DNA of 64,000 nucleotides from Octopus sinensis (lineage: Eukaryota), in contig NC_042998.1 of the NCBI RefSeq assembly GCF_006345805.1, forward strand, positions 92,318,001-92,382,000. Reading direction: 5' to 3'. The notes below the pieces were generated by a model that did not search any database, was not told the origin of the DNA, and was given only the letters and a program-made list of their open reading frames with translations. Positions 11,701 to 26,900 of the stretch are shown one piece after another (position 1 is the stretch's first letter; every line of letters starts with the position of its first letter). The position numbers were made by a program, and so were the translations under genes.

Positions 11701-14700
11701 ATGTATAAGGTTTAGAAATCTATAGTGGTTAGAAAATATTTGTTTACATGCAAATCCTAAAATGGTTGTGTTTGCATATAAATCTTTAAAATAGAGTAAC
11801 ATTAACCACATGCAGATCTATAATAAATGTATATTCAATTTACTGTCAATTTCATGAAATAAATGCTCAAAGACTTATACATTATCACCTCTTTGCTTTT
11901 CATATCAGACTTTGACAAGCAGCTTCAACATCCACATGACTTTCCTAAAGTGGGAGCTCAAGAATTTCATACTATGAAAATTTGGGAAAGAAATCCACAA
12001 TATTGCAATCCTTCTCAATAGTAACAGTACACAATCAAAACAACATACAAATGCTAGGTTAGATATATTTTAACTAAGTTTCATAAAGACATTCCACATT
12101 TTTCATGTAGCAGAGTATGCTTCATAAGCGCTTGGTTATTTTTTTTTAGGATGAAAATTACTTTTTCCTCAATTTCTAACTCCTTTCAAAATATTACATA
12201 TCTTTCTAAACACATATATATTGTAAACTTAAGAAAAATGTTACCCACTTGATAGTCAAGCCCCACTCACCAACACTTTTCAAACGTTGGTCCAATAAGT
12301 TGTATTCATTCTTTACCGCTTTGACACAATGTCTTTCGCTCTTCCTTAATGTCACCTAAATCTATTTAATGCTCCAGATCTATCTTCAAATCCATTGCAT
12401 ATAACTTCTGATATTCTGTACTAAGCTCATTATTTGATTATTTAATCTTTCTTCTTCAGAACCCCTCTTGCCCACATTTGCCTTCCAAAGTATTAATCTA
12501 CATCAACTCAATTGAAAAAAAAAAAAAGATCACACGGATCTCTTCCAGTTATTCCGATATCCATTAAACAGCAATAAATTCCCAGTGAACTAAATCAATT
12601 ACCCAGTTGAGTTGGAGTTGTTTCATTAATGCTGCTCATGTACCTGAAGCTGACATCAACATTTATCAATTCCCCCTGTTATGCAAATTTGCAGCTTGAT
12701 TCTAATGCATAATACCACGTAAACCTTTTCATTATAGTAGTTACTCAATGTAAGAGAAGGAAACTATACGACGCAGCAATATATGTAGAATCATGAAGAG
12801 AGACTAGAATATAAAGTCATTTAAGTGTCTTCTGTTATAGTCCTAGGCCAACTGATACCTTATGTGGGGATTTGGCAACACAACAACAGGAATCATGTGT
12901 GTGTGTGTAGACATCTGTTTCTGTCCCTCTGTCATACATAAGCCTTTCATCACCTAACATAAAGCCACCTCTCTCAATACTACACTTCAGTCAAGGGGTT
13001 GTTACTAGGTGAGCTCACTAGTGCCAGTGCCATATAAAAAAGGAACCCAGTAAACTCTGTAAAGTAGTTGGAGTTAAGAAGGGCTTCCAGTTGGAGAAAT
13101 CATGCCAAAGCAGACATTGGAACTTGGTGCAGTTCTCTGGCTTGCTAACTCCTTTTGAGCCATCCATGCCAACATAGAAAAACAGATGTTAAATGATGAT
13201 GATGATGATGATGATATATGTATCTGTGTATGTATACACAAGTGAATGAGTGAGCATGTTGATGTTGATATTATGACTGGTCATTCTACTCTTTAGAGGA
13301 GCCCTGCAATAAAAGCAAACATTTCCTTTCTTGGAGAAACAAGTAAAGGTTGGAGACAAGAAGAGCATCTGGTCATAAAAATCATAATCTCAAATAACTC
13401 CCCCATTCAACACATACAATATGGAAAAATGGTTATAAAATGAATGAAAGAAGTAAAGCATCTAACAATTGACAAACAACTATCTCTGTCATAAGGAAAA
13501 GAGACCCATCTTAGTTATCTTTCACTCAAATAGCCATACACAAACTACCAATAACCTTTGTATCTCAGTTTAGTTGTAGACAAAACAGAAACAAAGCAAT
13601 AATGAATAATGTTTCAGTTACTGGACAGTGGTCATGGTGGGGCACTGCCTTGAAAGGTTTAGCTGAACAAATTGACCCCAATATTTTTTTCACTTTTTCC
13701 CATCTAGTTCTTATTCTATTGGTCTATTTTAAATAAACCAGCACCAGCTGTTGAGCAGTGGTGGTGGTGGGGACAAACACAAAGATGCACACACATACAC
13801 AACAAGATTCCATACGGTTCCTTCTACTAAAATCATATCACTTTCTGATATGAAAAGCAAAGAGGTGATAATGTATAAGTCTTTGAGCATTGGTTGACCT
13901 GAGACTGGTAAAAGATGCTTGTCCAAGATGCCAGAAAAGATTTGAAAAAAAAAGAATTTCATTCTTTGATTATCTTCCAAAAATATCTTCTTTTTAATTC
14001 TCCAACATCCAAGTTGTACAGTTTTGACTCAAGCTATCATCTTTCAAATACAAACTTAATATGCATGTTTTACTGCAAAGCAAATTCTATTTATCTCTTG
14101 CTCATTCCCTGTAATAGTTATGATCTTCCAACTATCTCTATATTTATGCTTATGAGAAACCTACAATCACTGACTGCCATCTGACCCACCATATATTGTG
14201 AGGATTATGAATGATAAAGCTTTTGCTGTATCTCACGAAGGCTGTTTTGTCAATGATAAATATACAGTTTTTAAAAGTTTTTTTTATCATTATTAGTCAA
14301 TTGGTTAGCCATTTAACCAATTGACTAACCAATTCTTTGATTAATTATTCAGACAATCTATCAATCAGCAAGGTATATCAAAGTCCTTTTGTAGCCATTC
14401 TGTGACCTACAGAAGACATAGAGCAGAGGGAGCTTGTTATTGGTGAGGTCATAAATGATGATGAACCAGTGTGTGTGTTTATTATTGAAATAATGACCCT
14501 ATTGAGATGCAACAAAACGTTTCAACATATGTTCGCATCAAGAATTTTGCAAACCAAATACAAAAATAGAAATATGGTAAAGCTGTTATGAATAAAACCT
14601 GGAAATGAAAGTGAAAGCCACACTAGCATATATTTTGTGTCTAGTAAAGAAGAAACTATTAAGAACAAGATTAACTTTGTAGTAAAGTTACTATGTCATT

Positions 14701-17700
14701 ATTCAGAAGAGCATGTACGATAAAAGATGATTAGAAATGTTAGAGAAATTTATGAGAATGTACTTACCATGATCAGTCACAGCTTCAGCTAACTTCATCA
14801 TTTTTTCTTTAGCAGTATTCAGGAGTGGTACTTCAAGCTACATAGAATACACCAAATGTTTATTGTTTTTACACAGCCCCTGGTTATATATTCATGGGTG
14901 AGGTGGGGGGAAAAATATAATTGCGTTACATTCATAAACTGATAAAATTCAAACATTAAGGAAGTTAGAGAGTATGAAACAAGTGGGAGACAACTTCAAA
15001 GAAGAAGAGGTGCAGGAAGATTTAAAATACTTAGAATGGCTTAAAGGAGCAGTGAAGATAATCTAAAGAATGGAAGAAGTAAAGAAACACAGGTGGAAAT
15101 GAGGAGAGAGAAAGGAGTTAAAAAAAAAATCACACACAAAAAAAAAGCCAGTATTACAATATCTTGCCTTCAGATTATGTGCTCACTTGTGAAGTGAGCA
15201 GCAATTAAATCATGAAATAGAACAGAAAATAAACCAAGCTCATAGATTATAGATGCTGAAATGAGAGAGAGAGGGAGAGAGAAAAGTGTGTGTGGGCAGT
15301 GTTTTAAAGTTTTCTTTAAAATTACTTTTTAGTATAAGGAATATTTAGAAGTATTTAAATTTGAAATCAAAAATAAAGTTTATGGCAAGTTAAAGAATAT
15401 CAGTAATAGCAGCTAACAGAATATTCCCTCAAAGGATCATTGTATCCATAAAACAGATGGGAAAAAGTAAAATCCAGAGGATAATAAAACATTGATATTT
15501 TCAAGAGTGAATTTGTACAATCCTTTTAAGAAGAATTTTCGATGTAAATTGTCTAATTCTGTTTCATATAGCTTTTAAATGGTAGTATTTCTATGTTTTA
15601 TCATTACATTTTTATTGGGATCTCTACAAAGCATTATATGCCATTCACTATACGAGATAGGTTTAACCCTTTCAATACACACCCACCCAAGACTACCTCT
15701 GGTTCCTTGATAGAAACTTTCTGTTTTAAAGTGATCTACAATAGAACCTTCCATCAAAATTCCATGTTAATTTATGTTCCAAACTCTCTTTTAATAATGA
15801 GTTATTTTGCTAAATTCTTCATTATTTTCAAACTTAATTAAAACAAAAGCAGTTTATTTCAACAGAAATATGGTAACAAAAGGATTTCACTAATGATTAA
15901 CAACTAGTATTAATGAAATGAATACTTCACAGGTGTTGGTACACAGCTGAACAATTATATTATTATGTTATTAAATAGTCAATGATAAGGACCTCCACTG
16001 GTCAGGGTGCATTGGCACATACATACACTTGACTGGGCATGGTTTTTTTTTATGTAGAAGACTTTTAGTTGTGTTTATCCAAAAGAAAGGCTGGTACTTT
16101 AGGGCTGACACAGCTTGGCACTAATGTCATCACAGGTATTGCTGTCAGAATGCAAAGGTTTGGAACAGACACTAATGCTTTAATAATTCCCCCCAAACTC
16201 ATGCTCTGGATTGAGTCTGAAAGACAATGTTGGCCTCAGTAGAACTTGAACTCAGAATGCGCAAGAATCCCATACCGTAACAACAACACTAGCAATTTGA
16301 TATCATGAATGAACAATATGATCTATTATATTAAAGTTCTAAGAACAGATTCCTGTGGGATAAACAATGTCATGCTGTGGATAGATGGTAGAAGTGTGCA
16401 CATGAGAGAGAGAGAGAAAGAGAGGGACAGGGAGGGACAAACAAAGAGATACACGTCTCTATCAGTCTTCTAGCTTCTATTGTATTGAAGTACTAAGGGG
16501 ATGATAAAAGTGTGTGATAAAGAGAGAGAGAGAGAGATTTAAACAAACACTTCTGGTACTCACACACATACAACAATTTAACACGTGGTGATTGTTTCTA
16601 ATTAAACTACAGAATATCCAAGGGGGCTGAAGCAAAAACTCAAAAGATAAAGGAATTTCAAAACATTTACACTGTACGTTGAAATATTGTGGATTGGATT
16701 GGATTCCTTATGTTCTGTCCACTGCAGGCCAAAGGCCTTAGCATGTTATCTCCACCAACCATGGTCTGATGTGGAGGTCATGAATTTGAGCTTGGGATCA
16801 TTCTGGTTTGATGAGCCCACTCTGCTACACTGACTCAACATGGATTGGCAAAGGGATGCAGTTTTAATATTCATAGCCAGGAGTGGTTAAATCAACTACA
16901 TTGATCCCAGAGCTTGATTGATATTTATTTTATCGACTCCGAAAATATGAAAAGCAAAGATGACCATGACAGAGTTTGAACTCAGAAAATAAGGATGGAT
17001 GAAATACTGGTAAGCATTTCACTTTGTCTGCCAATGATTCTGCCAGCTCAATGTCTATGTGGATAACAAAGTAATTTTTACCAATAACACTTTTTAATGA
17101 AGTATTTGTCTCATTAATTGATAGGTAGAACAAGACTGAAAGCATTTTTTGTTCAGCTTTCAATTCTACTATTCTAGGACATTCTTTGCTAAAAACTATT
17201 CGTTTTGCACTTATTTCACCTGTTGTGTACTTTATCTGAACTAATATCCATAACCACGCATCATTTCATTAATTAATTTATACTCATCAAATTAATTCAC
17301 CTGAATGTGATTCTGAAGTAACAGTGAGTTTTCAGATTTTAATTTCATGAACTTTAATAATGACCAATTACAAATCACATAACTTGAACTTACCTTGTAG
17401 CTATTTTCGTGGTTCTTAAATCGAGTATAGAAATGAACAAACCGATTGAGTTCTTGCATTTGAGTATTCCTGGCTTGAGCCTTAGAAATAGAAAATATAT
17501 ATGCATATAAAATAAAAATCCTTGATGAAATAAAATGATTTTTAAGATATCTTTCAATCAAAACTTATCTTCAACAAGATGTCCAAAGTTGTATTGGAAA
17601 TGTTAAAAAAATATACACAATGACCTGATAATGAAGATAAAGTTCCAAATATTTATTCTTTAGATACAGGCATTGTTGTGTGGTTAAGAAGTTTCTTTTT

Positions 17701-20700
17701 CAGCCATGTGATTTCCATTTCAGTCCCTCAACACAGCACTTGCAAGTGTCTCCACAAGGCTGACCAAAGCCTTGTGAATGAACTTGAAAGATGGAAACTG
17801 TAAACAGCCAGGCATGTGTGTGTGTCTGCATGCAAGCAGACTTGACATTATGTGACAGTTGTAAATAAGAATTACTTTCCTGTCATGTGTGCTATGCCCT
17901 TCATTTCTAATCTTTCATGAAATCATGTTTGGCCATGAGAAAATATTACCTTACTTGGAAACAAGTGAAGGCTGAAAACAGGATGGGTGTTTGACTAGAA
18001 AGTCCACCTCAGTGAATTCTGTCTAACTCATACAAGCACAGAATGGGATATAAAAACAATGATGGTAATGGTACTTCTCCCTAACATGTACATTGATAAT
18101 ATTTAATTTAGCTGTCCAGATTTACTAAGTGCTTTACTTTAATTAAACCTAAAATTAATAAGTATGACTACTGTTTCCCTAAACATAGAACCTGTTATTC
18201 ATATCCATATTCAATAATGGTTACAGTAGTTTACTTCTGAAGTGGTAAGTTAATGCATATATTTGAGAAAACATTATTTTAAATGCTGCATTCTCAAAGT
18301 AATCATATTCTAGATTCAAAAAACAAACACAAGCTTCTTTTTCTTAGAAACCATATCTGCTAAACATGATAGACTTCTTTTAATATGATTGTGTTTTCTT
18401 CTCTGTTAAAGATATGCTGTAATCATCCAGCTCATCCCATTACTGTTGCTTTATCATCATCATTTTAACATCCACTTTTCCATGCTCACGTGGGACAGAT
18501 AGAATTTGTTGAGGTGGATTTTCTAAGGTTGGCTTCCCTTCCTGTCACCAACCCTCACCTGTTTCCAAGTAAGATAATATTTCCCCAAGACTAGAAAATG
18601 CTTTCATGGAAAAGTAGAAACGAATGATACCACTTGCATGATGGTAACATTTATTTATGACTATCACATGTAGTAAAGGCAAGGAAGTAACATAAACACA
18701 AAGATATGATGGGCTTCTTTCAGTTTCTGTGTATCAAATCTATTCTCAAGGTACTGGACAGCCAGGATATAATAGAAAACACTTGCCCAAGGTGCTGTGT
18801 AGTGGGAGTGAAGCCAAGAACACATGGTTGGGAAGTAACCTCTTAGCCAAAATATTTTTATTAAAAAGTCAGCTCAATCTTTCTTCTGCTCAATTACAGA
18901 CTGATTAGTGTGTCTTTCTCTTACAATGAATCTCTATAAATTCTACGAACTGAAGAAACATGTCTTTCGTTATCTTCACAATGTTAAACAGGTCTTGGGT
19001 ATGTTTTCTCTAAGACATTACTAAATTGTTATTGTCCTAAACAATGTGTATAGACAATTTCCAAACATTAGGTTTATCTTACTATATATTTAAACATTAT
19101 ATTTAAAATATCTCTTCACAGTTATGACACAACTAATCCAAGTTAACCAATTAGACTAATTCTACTACCTGGGCTTGTATGAGTAACAGGTTGGACAATT
19201 TTTAATTATTTCCAAAGATTTACCAAATAAACAAACAAAAAAGAGGATTAAAGGAGATCTCCACAGAAAAGTAAAGCTTTAAAAAGTTAAAGGTGGTTGG
19301 ACAGAAATCAACTGAGAAGCTAAGATTCACGTGTTTAGGAAAGAGAAACTTTTTAACAACTACTGATAAACTACTAAGACCATCTTCATTTTTAACATAT
19401 GTTGCTCTGTAGCACATGTTACATCTTACACAAATAATATTTAGCATTTGTTACTATGCTGCTACAGATATGACATCTCATCAGTCTTGCAGGTCCTCAA
19501 ACAGGCCATGGCAACTTCCTAGCCTTTCATCAATAACTGACTTCCTTGTAGTGAATAGTAAGAATCATACAGAATATTTTCTGCCAGGCTCAACTTGGCC
19601 TTCATTCTCAGGAATTTAAAGACTAGATTGACTCTCTAGTCAAGTCAACATCTGAGAATTGCTCCATGGGTGAATAAATTGAGATGTCCTTCTGAAATTA
19701 TGATCAAGGTTCTAATGGAGAAATGGTCCTGAGATTGTTAAACTAAGGACAGTGACAATAGAATACAATATGTGGTGTATCTATCAACATGACAAGTTGC
19801 TGTTGTTAGATGACAATGATATTTAATTATCTATGAAATAAACAAAATTGTGGAGTTGCTTTTAAATATATACGATTGAATGATTTTGGGATACAGAGCT
19901 TTGTAAGTGATTGTTGCCCATGGATCTCCACAAGTATGCACAAGCCTGGTTCAAAATATTTTAAAGCAAACTGACAGTTGCTGAAACAGGCAAGTCTCTT
20001 CTCTATGCTACTATTGTTTAACCAAGAGCAAAGCCACTGATTTGTGCTGAAAAAGCTTGGTGTCAGTGTTACTGTTGGCATTGTCAGAATACAAAGATTC
20101 AGAACAGATATCAGAAAGCAACCCTCCAACAATTCCAACAATCCACCATGGTAGGCTTGTATGAGTACCTATCATTCCAAAAGGTCAAAAGGTGAAGTCA
20201 ACCTTAGAGGGATTTGAACTCAGAATGTAGAGAGTTGGAATAAAGTATTCTAATCAGTGCTCTAATGACTGCCAATGCAAACAAAATAATTCATTTATAT
20301 ATACCTGAAAAATGAACACAACAAATACAAGGAAGATTAAATATTTTCACCTCGTTATAACAAGGCAGTTATTGCTCAATGGTATATGTCATGTCTTACA
20401 TAAATCATTTAATATTTATTACTATGCTGATTTCAAATTCTGCTACGGTCGACTTTGCCTTTCATTCTTTCAGGGCTGATAAAATAAATATCAGTCAAGC
20501 ACTAGGGTCAATGTAATCTTAACCCCTCTTCCTGAACTTGTTAGTCTTGTGCCAAAATTTGGAACCAATATTTATTACTATACTGCTATAGAATGACAGC
20601 TCATCAGACTTTAAGACCCTTAAACAAGTAATGAGAACTTCCTATTCTTACAGTCTAAGCCACTGAAACAAATAAAACTCAAAATACTCTTACTTGATAC

Positions 20701-23700
20701 TAATTAATTAATAGAATGAAAGGGTGGATGGCCAAGTATATATGGTACCAAGCAACTAGTTAGTAGTTAATATCCTCTCACTAAAACTATGTTATGTCCA
20801 TAACCAGGACATTTAATTTTCAAACTGTTCAGTCTACTTTGCAATAAATAAATGCATCAAGTAAGGATATTTTCGGCTGTCAACAGTGAATCCATGCATT
20901 TATTAACTAGTAATGAAGAGTTCAACTTCAGTAGGAATGGTAAAGCCTTACCAGGTCTTAACCATGAGCCAGTTCCTCCAATCATCTAGACTTGGATCTG
21001 GACAATAATTATGATTACAGGTTGCATATGATGGTGAGAGTACAACAGCAATATCATTTCAAGTTCATCATTTACAAAGCACCTATCATCAATATTTTCT
21101 CAGTCATAAAGATTTCTAAAGAGTGTTCTGTTATTTTTGATATTCTGAAATATCAACGCCAAAAGTTCAGAACAAATTTTTTACAAATGATCAATTCACA
21201 CAAAATTTTAATTTCAAATTTTGGCACAAGGCCAGTAAGTTCGGGAGAGGGAGTTAGTCAATTACAGATAGACCCAGTGTTCAACTGGTACTTATTTTAT
21301 CGACCCTGAAAGAATGAAAGGCAAAGTTGATCTCAGTGGAATTTGAACTCAGAATGTAAAGATGGACAAAATGCTGCTAAGCGCTTTGCCTGGTGTGCTA
21401 ATAATTCTGCCAGCTCACCACCTTAATTCACACAAAATAACATCTCTGAAAAGTAGAATACTACATTGAAACAATTACAATTAATTACCTCTGATAATAG
21501 TAACTGAGTTTGTTGTTCAACTTTCTTGACAGCTTCATACCGGTTACATTTAAAATAGCCCCCAGTACTGGAATTGTGACGTTTCCATTGTTCCAAACAG
21601 ACCCAGCAGAAATCATATTTACACTAAAAAAAATATTAAAAAAATTAATTTACTAATTAATTAAAATAGATATATATGTAAAATATATAATCCTATTTTC
21701 ACTATTTCTGTTTTACAACATGTCAGAGTAACTTAATATGAGAAATGTACGGTAATAAAATTTAAATTAACAAAAATGTCAAACCAGCTTGTTAAAGATT
21801 CACAGGAAATATTTGTTTCAAGATTAAGAAATGACATGTTGAGGAAACTGGCATTCAGCATTTTCCATTGTTGAAATAAGTTTGAAGTTGACAAATAAAT
21901 AAGTTACATATTTTCATGTAAATGATTTGTGTTAAATTTCAAAACTTACTGATAGAAATTGAGTCGTTTGTAAATATTCAGTTACACTAAGAAAGGATTT
22001 AAAACTTGAGGAAACAAATAAAACATTTAAAAATAGCTCCCCCTCTCAAAAAACCTTGCAATTTAATATTCTTTTTTATTCAAAGATGTCCATGAACTTA
22101 CTTTAGAACATTTCATATGGTTACATCCTTCGTTCTTCTGGATGGGAGATTTACAATTGGGGCAAGGCTTTGAATTAGTCACTAGCCATAAGCAGTTGGC
22201 AGCAGCTTCAGTTTCTACTTCAGTTCCATTTACTAAAAACAGAACAAAATATCTAATATTACAAAATTTTCAGGAAAATTATTGCATTATTTATTTATTT
22301 CATTTTGATATATTTGTTTGAAATAAATTGAAAATAACTGTTAGGATATGAATTTCCCAATAAAAAAAATATTAAATAAAAAAATTCTGATACTATTTAT
22401 TTTGAATTTAGAAATTGGAGTTTTTCTAAATATAGAAGGTGTTTATGCTGTAAAACTATTTCTAACAAAGAATAGTAGATGCTAACTAAATTCTATATAT
22501 GGAAGTGTGTTGAAATTCCCTTTAAAGCACAAGCATGGTTATTGTATTTCTAAAATACTACTATTAATTTTTTTGAAAAATATAAAAAAAAAAGAAATAA
22601 AAAAATAAGAACACTATATCTTTTTAAACCTTTCAAGTGCATACCTTTGCCCCCAGCAAAAAATGTAATATTATTTCGAATGCCTCAAATAGATGCATTA
22701 ATAGAATATTTCCTTTCATATCTTTTTTCAAACTGCTGAAATTATTTTTTTTTATAACTTCACCACAATGCATATTTTAAAATTTGTTAGAGTATGTTAC
22801 CTACAGTTTTTCAAAACTTTATTTGGTGTTGGGCCAAGCTCTTCATTTCATAGATTATTTTAAAATTTCTAACAACAATAATAACAACAATTACAAAAAC
22901 GATTTCTTACACAAGGCCAAAATTGTAAGGATTCATCATCATTAGTTTTATTATTATTATTATTATAAATTTTCCTTGATAGCAGCTATATTTATACATT
23001 ATCTGAGTGCCACCTACACATCTGAGGTAGGTAACATGTTGTTCTTAAACATACTGGATGATCATATGATGTTATTAAGAAATGGTGGGACTGGATAAAT
23101 TCTTAAAAAAACAGATGTACACATGAGTGCTCAATAAAAATTCTACAGAATCATAAAATTTAAGGTGCTAGTACTTTTTGTAAAAAAGTCACAATACTCA
23201 TTAGTGTTATTTTTTGTATTTCTTTTTAAGCATTGTTTTCCTAGTATCATGTCTATGAAATTTTCTCCTTTATTTATTACCTTGAATGCCCCTATGAAAG
23301 CAGGTATTATATTATTATTATTATTATTAGAGATTTTGTAGTAATTTATACATTCTCAAAAAAAAAAAAAAGTTTGGCCTGACACCAAATAATACCAAAC
23401 AATAAGTAATATATTTTGAAAACTTTTTGAAAAATTCATTGCAATGATTTAAAAAAAATTAAGTGCAGCAATTTGAAATGCTTTATAACAATTTATAAAA
23501 AATGCAAAAACTTCCATTAATGGCATTTTTTTTTTAAAGAATTCTAAATAATAATACATTTTAGTGGGGAGCAGGGGTATGAAATTCAAAGGTTTCAAAA
23601 AAATAGGTATTGCTCTTTCTTCTCTTCAAAACAAAACACATGCAAAAAAGTAAACAAGAAAAAAAAGAAAGAAAATATATCAGAAATACAATAACCATAC

Positions 23701-23834
23701 AATTTGAAGGCTATTTCAACACATTGCTATATAGAAAATCATGCAAAGTCTGCTTTTTTAAGTAGTTTTACAACAAATATCAATGTTAATAAAACTGAAC
23801 AAAAGAGCACACACATACACATGTACATATACAA

Positions 23835-23870
<36 letters not shown>

Positions 23871-23918
23871 TTTATACATACATATATGTATTATATATAT
23901 ATACATACATATATGTAT

Positions 23919-23950
<32 letters not shown>

Positions 23951-26900
23951 AACGTGTGTGTGTGTATATATGTATATGTATAGTTTTTTTATTGAAACAA
24001 ACTGAGTTTGTCTCGCAACTCAAGTTTTGGTTTCAACAAAAGACCATATTCTCAACAGCGCTATATTGAACATTCCACTTTCACTTGTTTGAAATAATGC
24101 AACTTATACAAATATACACATACATGTATGTGTCTATATACGTATTTATTCATATACACATACAATATAAAATTACATTTTCTTGTTTAATTTATAAATA
24201 ACTAATGTAATATCTGAAAGAAATAAAGACACAACAGCTGTTAAGTCATTTAAATCAGAACATAGAAAAAAAAGGTTTCTAGCTCCTTTTAAAGAAAATT
24301 GAACATTTGTTTACAGATGCTTTCTTCCTATTTTAGCTTTCCAAAACTCACAAAAGTCATATTTTGACCAGATTTAGGATATTAATAAATATTAATAAAT
24401 GAATAATAAAAATGTAATAAATAAGAAACAAAGTGTGTAATTGAAGTACTCTATCATTAAAATAAAATCAATAATAAACCAAAATTCTATCTGGCATTAT
24501 TTTAAAGCTTTTATTGTATTACACCGAAAAGTATAATGCATATATTAGATTCTTGATACCAGAAAGAACATAATATGTTATCAACATTTTTTATATCAAC
24601 TGCAATAAGTAAATATTAACATGTGCAGTTGAAATATTCTAGCTTTACAATATTTATATTGACATCAAACTGTATTAGGTATTCTTTCTCATCAGCTTCA
24701 ACTGCTTTACAATGGTAAGAAACAAAAATGAAAAAAAAAAAGAAAACTGAAAGAAAAAAACAATGAAATGAAGTAAGCTATATGTTTAAATAGAAGATTA
24801 ATAAATTTAATTACTTATAAATTGCATTCTTTTTCTTTAATAATTACTAAGCATAAACTAAATTCTTATGCAAGTTTTTAATGTACTCTTAATTAGTAAT
24901 TCATTATTAGGAAATTCTTTTATACTTAAACTGTGTCCTTAAATAACACCTATAAAAACATGCATGCACACACACACACACGTTGAATAAATACACTTCC
25001 AGCTGTACATTCAGGTGATAAAAAGATTGCTGTGTCCAGTTACAATCATAAAAAATTACAACCAAACAACTTTATGCTCATGTGCAGAAATAAGCTTAAG
25101 ATTATTCTCACATGATAATATAAAACATTTTAAACTATATACATGAACATATCAATTATTGTGCATAAGCATATTTATTTAAGCTATTTAAAAATAATAT
25201 AAATGTAATGTTAAATGCATTATTCAACATCAAAACTATCTAAAATCTGACCCTAAAACTGTGTAGAGCCCTTTTATTTCCTTATTAAGCAATTATAAAG
25301 AGACTTGAATTTAGATAAGTGAGGACTAGCAAGCCAGGAGGCTGCATCAGGCTCCAATCTGATCTGGCAAGGTTTTTACAGTTGGATGCCCTTCCTGATG
25401 CCAACCACTCCAAGAGTGTAGTGGGTGCTTTTTACGTGCCACCAGCATGGAGGCCAGTCAGGCAACACTGGCATTGACCATGCTCGAATGGTGCCTTTTA
25501 TATGTCATTGGCATGGAGTGCCAGTCAAGCAGCACTAGTATCAACCACGCTCAAATGGTGCATTTTATGTGCCACAGGCATGGGTGCTAGTCACTGGCAT
25601 TGGCCACAACTACAGTTTCACTTGACTTAACAGGTCTTCTCAAGCACAGCATACTGAAGGGTACTTTTAAATGGGCTGGTTATATGACACCGGCATCAGC
25701 TATGGCTATAATCCCATTTGGCTCGCCAGGTTTTCTCAAGCACAACATATCTCCAAAGGTTTTGGTCACTTGTCATTGCCTCTGTGAGGCCCAACATTCA
25801 AAGGTTGTGCTTCACCACCTCATCCAATGTCTTCCTTGGTCTACCTCTTCCACAGATTCCTTCCACTGTTAGGGTGTAACACTTCTTCACACAGCTGTCC
25901 TCATCTATACGTAACACATGACCATACCAGTGCAGTCATCTCTCTTGCACACCACATCTGATGCTTCTTATGTCTGACTTTTCTCTCAGGGTGCTTACAC
26001 TCTGTCACACCCAGTGGAGCATACTAGTTTCATTTCTTTCAAGCCTATGCATGTCCTCAGCAGTCACAGCCCATTTGCTCAACAAGGGCTATCCTAGGGT
26101 TACAAAGCAACAATAACACAATTCTGTTAGACATAAGCTAATTAAGACAATTCTTTAACTAGTCAGTATATCAATTAAATTCCCACAAATTTCTCTCAAA
26201 CTTCTAATGCTAGAAAACAATTTTTACTTTCCTCCAGCCCTAATGACAACATCATCTGTTTTCTCTCTTTCTTTCTTCTTTTCTATTCTAAGATGAAGAA
26301 AAAAATCCAAAACAAGACCTCGATCATTATTCTCTAAAGACCTCAAGACAAAGCTTTTTAAACAAGGACTGGAACATTATCATCTACACACACCATGGCA
26401 TTAATGAGCTTCATGGCTCATTAAAATTCTCTTCTTTACTAAATATTACTGACATGTATCAGCACTAATTTTCTTAGATTCTCAAGTTTATGCTAATTAA
26501 GGAAAACATGGTATGGATATAGTTGAAAAGAAATCAACTGCCTTGCTTGTTTAACTATTACTATGTCATCTATCTGCTTGAGAAAACCAAACTTAGCCAG
26601 CCATCACCAAAAAAAAAAAAAAAATTGCACCAATGGACACAAGCATGTTTATGTGGTTAAGAAGATAGCTTTGCAACTACATGGGTTCAGGTTCAGTTCC
26701 ACTGCACAGTTTGGGCAAGTGTCCTCTACTATAGCTCCAGACCAACCAATGCATTGTTAATGAATTTGGTTAACAGAAACAGTGTGGATGCCCATCATAT
26801 ATTTGTGTTTGCATTTGTTACCCATCCCACTCTTAACAATTTATATTGGCTTGTTTACATCCTCATAACTTAGTGGTTTGGCAAAAGATACTGATAGAAT

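Noticed and set aside
23704-24069. Overlapping YI/IY-rich ORFs (also 54675-55716, 59782-60087, 61014-61244)
   Set aside because: Translations of (TA)n/(CA)n/(TG)n microsatellites and SINEs.
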